Shown one piece after another: positions 36,644-47,333 of a stretch of 64,000 nucleotides of DNA. Each line of letters opens with the position of its first letter. Position 1 is the first letter of the stretch. Below the pieces are notes generated by a model that made no database searches, was not told where the DNA came from, and worked only from the letters and a program-made list of their open reading frames with translations. Made by a program: the position numbers and the translations under genes. Source of the stretch: Macrostomum lignano (lineage: Eukaryota); NCBI GenBank assembly GCA_002269645.1, contig NIVC01001205.1, positions 62,001-126,000 of the forward strand. The letters are read 5' to 3'.

Positions 36644-37756
36644 GGGTCTACGATGTTTGCCTGCCGACGTTTGCCAGCCGACATTTGCCTGCGGGACGTT
36701 AGCCAGCCGACGTTTGCCAGCCGACGTTTGCCAGCCGACGTTGGCCAGCGGGACGTTTGCCAGCCGACGTTTGCCTGCGGGACGTTTGCCAGCCGACGTT
36801 TGCCTGCGGGACGTTTGCCTGCCGACGTTTGCCAGCCGACGTTTGCCAGCCGACGTTTGCCTGCGGGACGTTTGCCTGCGGGAAGTTTGCCAGCCGACGT
36901 TTGCCAGCGGGACGTTTGCCAGCCCTCCAAAATGATACAATGGGGCATAGGTTTTAATTTTTGGTGCGGCTAGGGAAGAGAAGGCGGCTACAGACATGTC
37001 AGTGCATGCTTGTTGTTGGCCATGACAGCGTGCACTTGACAAGGCGCTTGCAGGAATTAGTTCGCTTACTTTTGGATCTCCCATGAACTGGGAAATATTC
37101 AATTGAAAATTTCAATTCAATTCAATTTAAATTTTATTTTCTCAAAACTTGGCTCGCTGGAGATTCCCATTCAAATTTGCGTGTCAATTCATTCGCAAAT
37201 CATGAAATCGCAAATCATGAATTCGCAAATCATGCAAAATCAAACATCTTAAACTGGGAAAGTGATACAAAACTGGCAGAAGTAAACTTTATAATAATAT
37301 TTTTACATTCAATTAAAGATGATGATGCACTGCTAAATATTAATTAATTTATAGCGTATAGATTTTGTTTTCGATTTATACATCATGCGAATAAGTTAGC
37401 CGTCAATTAAAAAGTTGGACTAAAATTGTTTTTTCCAAAACAGCTAAACTGCGAATATTTCAGTATCACATTCACTCCGACTTGCTGTTGGCTGGCAAAT
37501 GTCGGCTGGCAAACGTCCTGCAGGCAAACGTCCCGCAGGCAAACGTCGGCTGGCAAACGTCGGCTGGCAAACTTCGGCTGGCAAACGTCGGCTGGCAAAC
37601 GTCCCGCAGGCAAACGTCCCGCAGGCAAACGTCGGCTGGCAAACGTCCCGCAGGCAAACGTCGGCTGGCAAACGTCGGCTGGCAAACGTCGACTGGCAAA
37701 CTTCCCGCAGGCAAACGTCGGCTGGCAAACGTCCCGCAGGCAAACGTCGCTATCCC
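36644..37756. mobile_element. Second copy of the MULE/foldback-like MITE family
   Basis: 9-bp TSD TTTTTATAT (36635-36643 and 37757-37765). The same two termini appear in swapped positions (GGGTCTAC left, GCTATCCC right), with a shared internal TTACTTTTGGATCTCC segment. Confidence 0.85.
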
Positions 37757-38089
37757 TTTTTATATATTATATTAAAATTATGTATACAATATTTTCAATT
37801 ACCGTTCTTATTATGTTATTAAAAAACACTGTAATATGAAATGTTACATATAATGTTAGGAAAATATTATATTACGCTCGGTTCGGTATTGCTACTGCTG
37901 CTTCTGCTGCGGCTGCAGCTGCTGCTACTGTTGCGGCTGCTGCTGCTGTTGCGGCTGCTGCTGCTGCTGTTTCGCCTGCTGCTGCTGCTGTTGCAGCTGC
38001 TGCCACAGCAGCTGGGCCTGCAGGTGTTGCTGCAGGTTTTCCTTGTAGTAATGCTGCTGCTGCTGATGTACTTGTCTGCGGTGAGCAAC

Positions 38090-41000
38090 TCACAGGGGCC
38101 GCCACTCGACGGCTCCCAGGAGCTGCGCCACCAAGTCACCACGTGCAAAGTCACTCAGACTAGTGACGCCGATGTTGCGCCGATTAGCTTCGAGCTTGGG
38201 GCAGGTCCAGAGGTGAAATTGGTCCGGAACATCCAGGCAAAGTCGGCAGGGGCCGCCTTCGGTGATGTTGGTGCGGTTGCGGTAATAGTTGGAGACAGGG
38301 CAGTGGCCTGCTCTGACCTGCGCCACGAGGATTTGTTGGCGACGCGGTCCCTGATGGAAGGAGATCTTTTTACCATAGACCTCGGCTAAGTGCCCCTGAA
38401 GGGTTGGGCGGTACTTGAGATGATGGCGGATGCGCTCTTTAGCAGCTGCAAGGGAAATTTCGGACTCGTCTTGAGGCAGCGTGGCCGCGAACTTGGCCTC
38501 TGCGTCGACCAGTTCGTTACCGGGCACTCATGAATGTCCCGGAACCCATTGCAGGGCGATCTTCGTGTGCATGGCTGCGTTAGCGAGGAGATCTTTAACT
38601 TGCTCAAGCCGCAGGTTGAGGGTTGGACGGTCAGCTTTGATGGCGGCGATGGCGCTCTGGCTGTCGGTCAGTATGACGGCATGGCGCGGTTCGGAGCTGA
38701 TAATGTCTTCCAAGGCGAGCTTGATGGCCATTAATTCGGCTTCGTAAGAGTTGCACCAGCGACCAGCTGCTGCGTGCCCGCGGCGACGGCTAGTGCCATC
38801 ATGGTCGAGGAGGATCCAAGCGGCTCCGCCGTTTTCGACCCCTCCGGTGGCCGAGCCATCGGTGTAGTAGGTGCAGGATCCTGGGCAGCGTTGCTCAATG
38901 GCTGCAAGAGTTTGTTCAGTCGAAGAGGCTCCCAGGTCTGGCAGGTCGGTGAAACAGTTAATGCCCTGGTCGACGAGTGAGGCCCAGGGTGGACGGCGTT
39001 TAAGGTGGAAGGGCATACGCGGGAGCGGCATCATGGAATCGCAGATGCGCCTCGCTTGTTCGCGCAGGCCTCTGTTGGCCGCGAGTCGGACGTTCGAGTG
39101 TTTTTCACAGATCTGGCGGAACGGGTCGCTGAGAGGGCGACGGATGGCTTTCTCGTAGGTGAGCAGAGCACGCCTGCGGGCCTCAACGCTGATAGGGTCG
39201 ACCTGAGCCTCCAGGTAAATAGCTTCCGTGGGGGTCGATCGTAGCAGGCCGGTGATGATGCGCAGCGCCTCCCTTTGGGCGCGGTCTAGTTCATCCAGGC
39301 GAGTCTTGGACAACCAGGGCGTCCAGGACGATGCAGCATGCCAGATCACCGACTCGACCAAAGCACGGTAGACTTTGAGGAGGAGGAGGCGATCCCATCC
39401 CCAATCCCGGTTAGCTACAGCTTTGATGATGGCAGTTCGACGGAGCATTTTTTCCTTGATTTCGCTCAGATGTTTGTCGAAAAGAAGTCCGCGGTCAATC
39501 CAGACCCCGAGGAACTTCAGCGCCGACTTACTGGGGATAGGGCGCCCAAGCAACGAGAGATGAACGGTGTTGTCTCGATCGGCTCGGTTACGAGAGAACA
39601 GGCAGTATTGAGTCTTTGAGGGGTTGAGCTCGATGCGATGATTTTTGGCCCACTTTTCGATGAGTTGGAGGGCCCTTTGAATGCGCTCACGGACATCTGT
39701 GATATTCCTGCCGGAGGCCCAGATGGCGAGGTCGTCCGCGTATCCACTGTAATCGACCTCTTGGACGATGTGGTCAGCCCAGGCATTGATGTAGAGGAGG
39801 AACAGGACCGGGGAGCTGACGGCGCCTTGTGGGACGCCCTCCCTGAGTCTGCACCATTTGCCGATGGTGCTGCCAATGCGGACTAGCCTCCAGGAAGCTA
39901 GCAAACCATCTCACCATACAAGCCGGCAGTCCCTCATCCATAAGACGGGAGATAAGCAGGGTCCTCCAGACGCGGTCAAAAGCGCGCGAGCAGTTGATCA
40001 GAACAGCAAGGGTCTTCAGGTGCGGAGACTTCCCAGCCGTCCTGGATGGCCTGGACCAGCCGGGCCACTTGCTCCTCGCAGCTGCGGCCACACTGGAAAC
40101 CGGCTTGCCAGGGAAGGATTTTATTGTGATGCTCCAGCCAGTGAAAGAGACGGTCCAGGATCAGCCTTTCCAGGATTTTACAGCAGATAGAGGTGAGGCT
40201 GACGGGACGATAGCTTCCACATTCTTTGGGGTCTTTCCCGTCCTTCAGCAGCGGGATGATGACGGTCTTTTTCCAGATTCCAGGGCAATGGCCGATGCTC
40301 CAGCAGCGATTGAAGATCTTTAGCCAGGCGTTGAGCCAGGAATCAGGGAGATTGATGAAGAAAGCAGCCTCTATGCCATCAGGACCGCATTTTTTACCAG
40401 GATCAAGCTTGTCGATGGCCCTCCACAGCTCTCCTGTAGTGAAAGGACGGTGGTAGTTCAGGTCATCGGAGTGGTAATTAGCCAGCCTGTTGGCAGTGTT
40501 GACCTTAAACTTGCGGTCAGCAACGTCATGATGAAGGGAGCTGATATCTTTGTAGTAGCGGCCGAAGGCGTTAGCCTTGTCTTTGTCAGTGCACAGTTCG
40601 CGTCCGTCAACAACCAGAATTTCATTGGGGTTCTACCCTTGTCCTCCGTTGTTGAGGCACTTGATGGTTCTCCAGGTCTGTTTGGGGTCGGAGGATTCTG
40701 ACAGTTTGTGCACATACTCCCTCCAGAACGCTCTTTTCTTGTCAGCGCATAGCTTACTGAGTTCGAGGCTACTTTCCCTCCAGAGGTCAGGCGGGGCGCC
40801 AGACTCCCTGAGTTGGTTCCGAGTATTCCTGAGTTCGCTCAGTTCCTCGTCCCAATACGGCTTATTCTTATTTGAGACTTTCTTTTTCGGAATAGCAGCA
40901 GAGGCGGCAGACAACATGCCGTTGCAGAGGCGGGAGACTTGCTGCTTAATGGTACCGCGGTTGAGATTGGAATCGGCCGCTTCGAGCAGGGACCTGTAGG

Positions 41001-42477
41001 CGGACCAGTCAGCTTTCTTCCAGGACCAGTGGAATTGATTGGGCTCGGCAAGGGTGGTCCGGGGTGCTTGCAGCGTCACAAGGATGGGTTTGTGATCAGA
41101 GCCAAGTTCATTTAAAACAGTCCAGATGCACTGGGAGGCAAGTCCGCCGCTGGCAATGGTGAGGTCGGGGGCGCTGGTACGACCGGAGTGGCGGTCTACA
41201 CAGGTGTGTTCGCCAGTGTTCAGAATGCGGTACTGAGAGGTGGAGCACCAGTCGAGGAGGCATCTGGATTGGGCAGCACTGTCCCTGCCTTGGTCTCCCT
41301 CGCTACCCCAAGCAGGGTGGTGGAGATTCAGATCCCCAGTGATGAGTTCGCGGTTGTGGCATTTGAGCCAGTCGTCCACGCTCGGGTGCTCCCGGTGGTC
41401 TTCGCCCTCCACACGCCGGATGGGGGGGCGGTAGATATTAGAGATGATGAGCTTGTTTCTGGTGGAGTCATTGACGACAAAGCGACATCCTTCAGTGGTG
41501 CCGCCTGTCCATCCCCGGAGTTTGCGAAATGGAATGCCAAGCCGAATGTAGCACAGGAGGCCGCCTCCTTTGATGTTGGGGTCGCGCCTCGCAACCTTTC
41601 GGTCTTTGCGGATCACAGCGAACCCTGGCAGTTTAGGAGTCTTGTGGAACGACGTAAGCTTACTTTCTTGGATAGTAATGATATCAGCTTGGACCCTATG
41701 AGCGAGCTCTTCGAGCTCTCCGATCTTGTTTGAAATGCCGTCCGCGTTCCATTGGATAATTTTAAGGTTCGGCTGAGCTTTTCTCCAGCCGGACAGGATG
41801 CGCGGGTGGTGACTCAGGGGTTCGGAGGGGTCATCTTTAGTTGGAGATGTCGGGCTCGGCCGGCGAGCAGCATTAGAGCAGCAAGTGCATCTCCAGAGAC
41901 CTCCGCTGACTTCGCGTTTGATCTGCTCCCGCGTCGCAGCCGTGCACGCATTGTGGAAGAAGCCTTCGCAGGTATTGCAGCAGGCGATGACAGTGCTGAC
42001 CCTGACGGGTTTGAAACAGTGGGCGCAATTTGGTTTCTCTTCGCGGAGGCGACGGAGGAGCTCTTCACGTCTGCTGTATCCACGATTGGCGCCATCAGCA
42101 GGTTCCTCTGGTGGACTGGTGGCCTGGTTTCCGGGATCGGTGTCCGGGCCGCCCGAGCAGGTTGGGCAGCGCCAGTCGGGAGAACCGATCTTCTTGTCGG
42201 CCGCCCAGCGGCTGAGGCCAGAACAGTCACGTTGGATGTGAAAATCTTGCCCGCAAGGTTGGCAGTGGAGGGATCTCCCACGGAGGGGGCGACCACACTC
42301 ACGCCGCCCACATATATGAGTCGGGCCTGGACCTGGGTTCGGCTCGATGTCACCGGCCCTGAGCAGGAGTGTGGAGAGCCGGCGGGCCTCGCTACCAGCG
42401 TTTCCGATGTCGCAATCAAGGTACGCCCTGCTGTAGAAAAACACTAACCACAAAAGCAACAGTTGCACGTGGGACAT
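38090..42477 (-). CDS. 2A-PHD-PHD-APE-RT-RNaseH polyprotein (frameshifted in RT and near the 3' end)
   Basis: IIQWNADG, ITIQESKL, ITGDLNLHH and LGSDHKP (APE); GVPQGAVSSP and YADD (RT); YTDGS, EAELMAI and ILTDSQS, WVPGH (RNase H). ATG at 42477. Confidence 0.9.
42328..42354 (-). other. 2A-like ribosome-skipping motif GDIEPNPG|P
   Basis: LLLRAGDIEPNPGP matches D-[VI]-E-x-N-P-G-P and precedes the PHD fingers. Confidence 0.85.
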
Positions 42478-42490
42478 GGTGTCCGATTTA

Positions 42491-42597
42491 CGGCGCTCTT
42501 CGACCTCCCCCGAAGGAAGAGGGTCCCCTCCGCGACGAAAACGCGGCGCCGAGTAGGAGCTGCGGGAAACCCGCAGTCTAGGCGTAAGCCCAGAGGG
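42491..42597 (-). ncRNA. HDV-like self-cleaving ribozyme at the LINE 5' end (predicted)
   Basis: Manual fold: P1 CCCTC/GAGGG, P2 CGGCGC/GCGCCG, P3 CGCG/CGCG, L3 TTTTCGT, J1/4 GA, P4 CCTCTTCC-TTCG-GGGGAGG, J4/2 TCGAAGA with candidate catalytic C. Two hairpins in J1/2. Confidence 0.7.
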
Positions 42598-42681
42598 TGC
42601 TGCTGCTGTTGCAGCTGCTGCCACAGCAGCTGGGCCTGCAGGTGCTGCTGCAGGTCTTCCTTGTAGTAATGCTGCTGCTGC

Positions 42682-42683
<2 letters not shown>

Positions 42684-42727
<44 letters not shown>

Positions 42728-45524
42728 GGGGCAAAGGCGCCGAGGGAGTCAGAGACTTCGCCTCGCAAGCGCCACCGACCTCGCGGGGGCGACGGTCAGA
42801 ATCCCGGGGTCCAGGGTGTCCTCGTCGAACAGCTCGAGGCGGAGCCTCCGGAGGGCCGGGCAACCGAGCCAGTGCTCGAGGTCTTCCGGGCCCTCCTCGC
42901 AGCGTGGGCAAATGGGGTCCGCCGTCGGGTTGACGATGCGACTGTACGCGCGGAGAAGGCTGCAGTGGCCCGCGCGGAGCCTCGCCAGGAGGACGGCATC
43001 CTGACGATTCTGAAGTTCGGCGCGGTCGCGTTGCCGGTTGAGCGCGCGGTACACGGAAATCGTGCGGGCGTGGGTCAGGGGCGGGTCACCGATCTCGCGC
43101 CTGACCGCTGCCACCGCGCTGCTGTACGAGGTGCTTGCTGACGCGCCAGCGATGGATGCGGCATTCTTTGCGGCTGCGTCCGCCATCTCGTTACCAGGGA
43201 TGCCGCAGTGCGCTGGGATCCACTGGAGAGTGAGGGAGGCAACCCGGCAGTTCAAGTCCGGGAGCGAGCATCTCGGCACGATGCTCATGAGGGCGTCGAG
43301 CAGTGCGCGACTGTCGGAGCAGATCAGCACCCGGCCGGTGACTTGACGGTCGTTGAGCCAGGCCATGGCCAGTCCGAGGGCGCGGCGCTCCTCGTCGAAG
43401 CTGCAGGTCGGCGAGGCGCCGCGGGCGGTGACGGTGTCGATGACCTGCGGGGTGGCAGGGTCGCCGCGGGTGACCACGCATGCTGCGCCCCCCTCGGAGC
43501 AGCCGCCTTCGGCGGAGCCGTCCGTGTAAAGAACCAGGTCAGCGTTCGCCGTGCGGATGGATGATATCGCCTGGTCCCTGGCTACGTCAGCGCTGTCTTG
43601 TTGCGGCGTCGGGTGAGCAGCCTGCCTGGGTCTGACGGCGACGGTCGGCAGCAAGCGCGTCACGGTCCAGCCCGCCGCCAGGTGGGTCCAAGGGCAGCGG
43701 GGGAGCGGAGGGAGGGCTTCGCGGCGGCCTAGGTTTCCCGGCATTCTTGCCAGAAGTTGCTGGGCGCGGTGGCGCCAGCTGTTTCTGGCCGTGCGGTGCG
43801 GAACCTGGGCCGCGGCCGCGCGGTGGCGCGGGTGGTCCTCCGGGAGGCGCAGCGCTTTTTCGTAAGCCGCGAGGCAGAGTTGGTCGCGCATGGTAGCGAC
43901 GGTGCACACTCCAGCCTCGAGGTGGAGTGCCTCAACCGGGGTTGTGCGAAGCTGACCTGTGACAATACGGAGTGCCTGGTTCTGCGCGCGTTGGAGATGC
44001 GACATGGCGGTGTCTGCCAGCCAGGGTTGCCATGCTGGTGACGCGTAGTGCAGGATGCTGAGTTGCATTGCTTTGAAGGTAGTTAGGAGACTGTCTTTAG
44101 ACCAGCCCCACGACCTAACAGCGAGGCACGCTAGGAGACGGCAGCGGTTGCCGACTGTTCTGCAAACTTCGGATACCTGTTTGCTAAAGGAAAGCGTGCG
44201 GTCGAGATAGACGCCCAGGAAACGAGGGCTGCTGCAGAACGGGATGGTAGTGTCGTTGAGGCAGATGCTGGGCTGGAGGGCGGCCTGATGCGGGTCGGTA
44301 GTGAACAGGGCACATTCGCTTTTGGTCGGGTTCAGCACCATGTGGTTAGCTCGGCTCCAGTTCGCGACGCAGTCGACCGCGTCTTGGAGGACGAGTGTGG
44401 CTGTTGCGACGTCGTTGCTCTGGCTGCGGAGGGCGATGTCGTCAGCGTACATCAGGGCGTCAACTTGCGCCGGGATGGCCGACACCACCGGGTCCAGAAA
44501 CAGAATAAAAAGCAGTGGGGTGATGACTGAGCCCTGCGGGAGCCCTTGGCGAAGCCGGCGGTAGCGTCCGTTGGTGCCGTTGACGCACACGCGGGCTTGG
44601 CGGTTGCTGAGAAAGGCGCGGACCCACCGGACGTAGATCCCTGGTACACCTTTCTCGATGAGAGTGAGGAGTAGGCGCTCAATCCAGACTTTGTCATAGG
44701 CTTTACTAAAATCGAGAAACGCCATGATGGATCGCAGCATGGGCAAGTTCTGGAAGCCGTCGCTGATGCTCTGGACAGCTGACAGAATTTGGTCCTCGCA
44801 GCTGCGGAGTCGGCGGAAGCCGGCCTGCTGTTGTGAGAGCCAGCCGCGGGACTCAGCCAAGAAGGTGAGGCGCGCGGTCATCATGCGTTCCAGCAGCTTG
44901 ACAACGCAGGAGGTGAGGCTGACCGGGCGGAAGGAAGCCAAGTCGCCGGGTGGCTTGCCCTTCTTGAGCAGCGGAATGATGGTAGCGTTTCTCCACTGCT
45001 GTGCCACGATGCCCCTGGAAAAGGACTGGTTGAACAGTGCGAGGAGCTCGGCTCTGGCGATGGGGCCCAAGGCCTTGAGGAAGCGCGGCGAGACGTCGTC
45101 CGGGCCGGGGGCGCCAGTGGCTCGTTGTTGCTTGATGGCCGCGTCGAGCTCGTGTTCCAAGAATGGGGCGCACTCTTCAGCCTCCTGGTTGGTGTCGCAG
45201 GCGCGTACGGCAGACTTAGCGGAGCGGTTGACGGCGCGGTCGGCTTTGTTGAAGTGGAGACGGTTGACCGCCGCGTAGTGCTTGATGAAGATCTCAGCCT
45301 TACTCGCGTCGTCGCAGTAGGTTAACATGTCTGGACACCGGGAAGTGATCGTCGCCTCGCACCGCGGTCGTGACGTGGTCGCGTACCGGGGGAGGCGGTT
45401 GCCTAGGATTGGGCATCTTGGCACGGTCATAGCTGTCCGACCATCCGGGTCGCCGGGTAGAGGCGATGCCCATGACCGCGGCCACGGTGCTATTGTGGCC
45501 GCCTACGTCCGTTGACGTAGCGGG
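42684..45524 (-). mobile_element. Ingi-type LINE lacking the endonuclease, with (AAC)15 tail
   Basis: CCC start after a CAG run, structured 5' end, RT-RNase H ORF, and (TTG)n at 42684-42728 on the + strand. Confidence 0.85.
42749..45430 (-). CDS. Uninterrupted 893-aa RT-RNase H protein without APE domain
   Basis: APGPDD, FRPVSLTS, FLDFSKAYD, GLPQGS and YADD (RT); YTDGS, ICSDS and WIPAHCGIPGNEMAD (RNase H); CPRC..EHWLGC. Confidence 0.9.
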   Translation of the reverse strand: MTVPRCPILGNRLPRYATTSRPRCEATITSRCPDMLTYCDDASKAEIFIKHYAAVNRLHFNKADRAVNRSAKSAVRACDTNQEAEECAPFLEHELDAAIKQQRATGAPGPDDVSPRFLKALGPIARAELLALFNQSFSRGIVAQQWRNATIIPLLKKGKPPGDLASFRPVSLTSCVVKLLERMMTARLTFLAESRGWLSQQQAGFRRLRSCEDQILSAVQSISDGFQNLPMLRSIMAFLDFSKAYDKVWIERLLLTLIEKGVPGIYVRWVRAFLSNRQARVCVNGTNGRYRRLRQGLPQGSVITPLLFILFLDPVVSAIPAQVDALMYADDIALRSQSNDVATATLVLQDAVDCVANWSRANHMVLNPTKSECALFTTDPHQAALQPSICLNDTTIPFCSSPRFLGVYLDRTLSFSKQVSEVCRTVGNRCRLLACLAVRSWGWSKDSLLTTFKAMQLSILHYASPAWQPWLADTAMSHLQRAQNQALRIVTGQLRTTPVEALHLEAGVCTVATMRDQLCLAAYEKALRLPEDHPRHRAAAAQVPHRTARNSWRHRAQQLLARMPGNLGRREALPPLPRCPWTHLAAGWTVTRLLPTVAVRPRQAAHPTPQQDSADVARDQAISSIRTANADLVLYTDGSAEGGCSEGGAACVVTRGDPATPQVIDTVTARGASPTCSFDEERRALGLAMAWLNDRQVTGRVLICSDSRALLDALMSIVPRCSLPDLNCRVASLTLQWIPAHCGIPGNEMADAAAKNAASIAGASASTSYSSAVAAVRREIGDPPLTHARTISVYRALNRQRDRAELQNRQDAVLLARLRAGHCSLLRAYSRIVNPTADPICPRCEEGPEDLEHWLGCPALRRLRLELFDEDTLDPGILTVAPARSVALARRSL

Positions 45525-45645
45525 CTGCTGCTGCTGCTGCTGCTGTTGCGGCTGCTGCAGCTGCAGCTGTTGCTGCAGGTGCTGCTGCAGGTGTTCCTTG
45601 TAGTAATGCTGCTGCTGCTGCTGCGGTTGCGGCTGCTGATGCTGG

Positions 45646-45681
<36 letters not shown>

Positions 45682-45682
45682 G

Positions 45683-45714
<32 letters not shown>

Positions 45715-46144
45715 GGCTGCTGCTGCTGTTGCGGCTGCTGCTGCTGCTGCTGTTGCGGCTGCTGCTGCTGCTGCTGCTGCGGCTGCTGCCACAGCAGATG
45801 GTCCTGCAGGTGCTGCTGCAACTGCTCCTGGTAGTATTGTTGCTGGTGCTGCTGCGGCTGCTGCTACTGTTGCGGCTGCTGCTGCTGTTGCGGCTGCTGC
45901 GGCTGCCACAGCAGATGGTCCTGCAGGTTCTGCTGCTGCTGCTGAAACCATAGAGCTGCTGCGTCCTGCTGCTGTTGCCACAGCTGCTGGGCCTGCTGTA
46001 GCCACCGCTGCTGCTGCTGCTGCGAGTCTGGCCGCCGCCGCTGCTGCTGCTGCTTCTGCTGCTGCTGTGGCCACCGTTGCTGCTGCTGCTGCTTCTGCTC
46101 CTGCTGTGGCCGCCGCTGCTGCTGCTGCTGCTGCTGTGGCCGCC

Positions 46145-46175
<31 letters not shown>

Positions 46176-46816
46176 TGGCCGCCGCTGCTTCAATTGGTAA
46201 TGCAGCGTCTGCAGCTCTGGTGCTCTGGTCCTCTTTTTCTGCTCCTGGCGCACGACGCGGGCAAAGTCACGCCTTCTGACGCAACTTTTGTGCGGCATTA
46301 GCGGGGTTTGCCCTCGCTCTATAGCCTCCGCCACAAGCCTAGCCTCGAGCATCAGCCGCCGCTGCCTCCGGCTTCTTGTGCGGCTGCTGCTGCTCGGCTG
46401 GGCTGCGTCGTCATTTGAGACGCCGGACGCCTCAACGGACGATTCATCCGTGGGCAGCGCAATCACTTCGTTGTTACTGCTGGCTGCCTCAACAGACAGT
46501 ACGTCTGTGGGCAGCTCAGCCATTAGGGATGGGTTCGCAATTTCGTCCATATATGGCATCAATTAATGAAAGCAAATAAGCAATGATAAGCAATGAAGCA
46601 AATTTTAAATAAAAAAGCAAATAAGAGCAAGTATATACACAAGTAAGAAATACAAATCAAAGCAAATAAGCAAATTGGCAAAATAAAAAACAAGCAAATA
46701 AATGCAAATATATACACACAGTAAGAAATATGCAAGAGCAAAAACAAGAAATCAAACTTACGAAAACCTTTGAATTGACACGGAATGAACACTAGATAAT
46801 TAGCAAACAGATAAAG

Positions 46817-47144
46817 AAAAATATGAAAAACAGAAGCCGCACCCCTTGCCGTATTTATAGCAGTTGCCAAGAGGGGTTAGGAGCCTGATGGGTTTGGGAG
46901 CCTGAGGGGTCTCACTGAGTGGCCAGGATAGGCTCCCCTCTGACCAGCCAATCCTGGCCCATAGAGGGGTCTCCGAGCCAAAGGGTAGGCAGGATAGGCT
47001 GGTCAGAGGGGAGCCTATCCTGGCCCATAGAGGGGTCTCGGAGCCAAGGGGGTTGAGGGGCTCCCAAACCCATCAGGCTCCTAACCCCTCCTGGCAACTA
47101 CTATAAATACTGCGAGGGGTATGGCTTCTGTTTTTCATACTTTT
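46817..47144. promoter_or_regulatory. Palindromic bidirectional TATA region
   Basis: ~86-bp inverted arms (46817-46902 and 47059-47144), each with an outward-facing TATAAATA (46852-46859 minus, 47102-47109 plus). The spacer contains nested inverted and direct repeats. Confidence 0.6.
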
Positions 47145-47333
47145 CTAAGTTCATCTTCTTCAGTCTCTAAGTGTGTTATGATTTGATTATTATCAATTAT
47201 TTGATTTCTTGTTCTTGTTCTTGTACTTTGTGTATTAGCTGATTTGCTTGTTTTTTTGACTTTTGCCTATTAAAGTTTTTTATTTAGTTTTTGTTTGATT
47301 ATTGTTTGCTTATTATATTTCACCTAATGCATT

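Larger units (their letters stand above)
38066..42597 (-). mobile_element. Full-length Ingi-type (I group) non-LTR retrotransposon
   Basis: Starts CCC after a CAG run. A single ORF encodes 2A, two PHD fingers, APE, RT, RNase H and a C-terminal CxxC..H..C. Flanked by an ~11-bp CAGCAGCAGCA duplication. Confidence 0.9.
37860..46562 (-). pseudogene. Acidic/polyQ-rich ORF (repeat unit QQQHYYKExLQQHLQ) split by two LINE insertions
   Basis: ORF 45864..46562 plus Q-rich continuations. The same repeat unit occurs at ~45530-45620, 42598-42683 and 37960-38065. Confidence 0.5.

Noticed and set aside
31560-37750. 14-bp GACGTTTGCCAGCC arrays as CRISPR-like repeats, or as the CQPTFA/ANVGWQT ORFs
   Set aside because: Direct tandem units without unique spacers, no cas genes, and located inside MITE TIRs; the ORFs arise because the repeat lacks stops.
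40633-42768. ORF-track start at 42768 implying a fusion of the two LINEs
   Set aside because: The upstream part is the (AAC)n tail and CAG target read in another frame; the LINE begins at 42597 with ATG at 42477.
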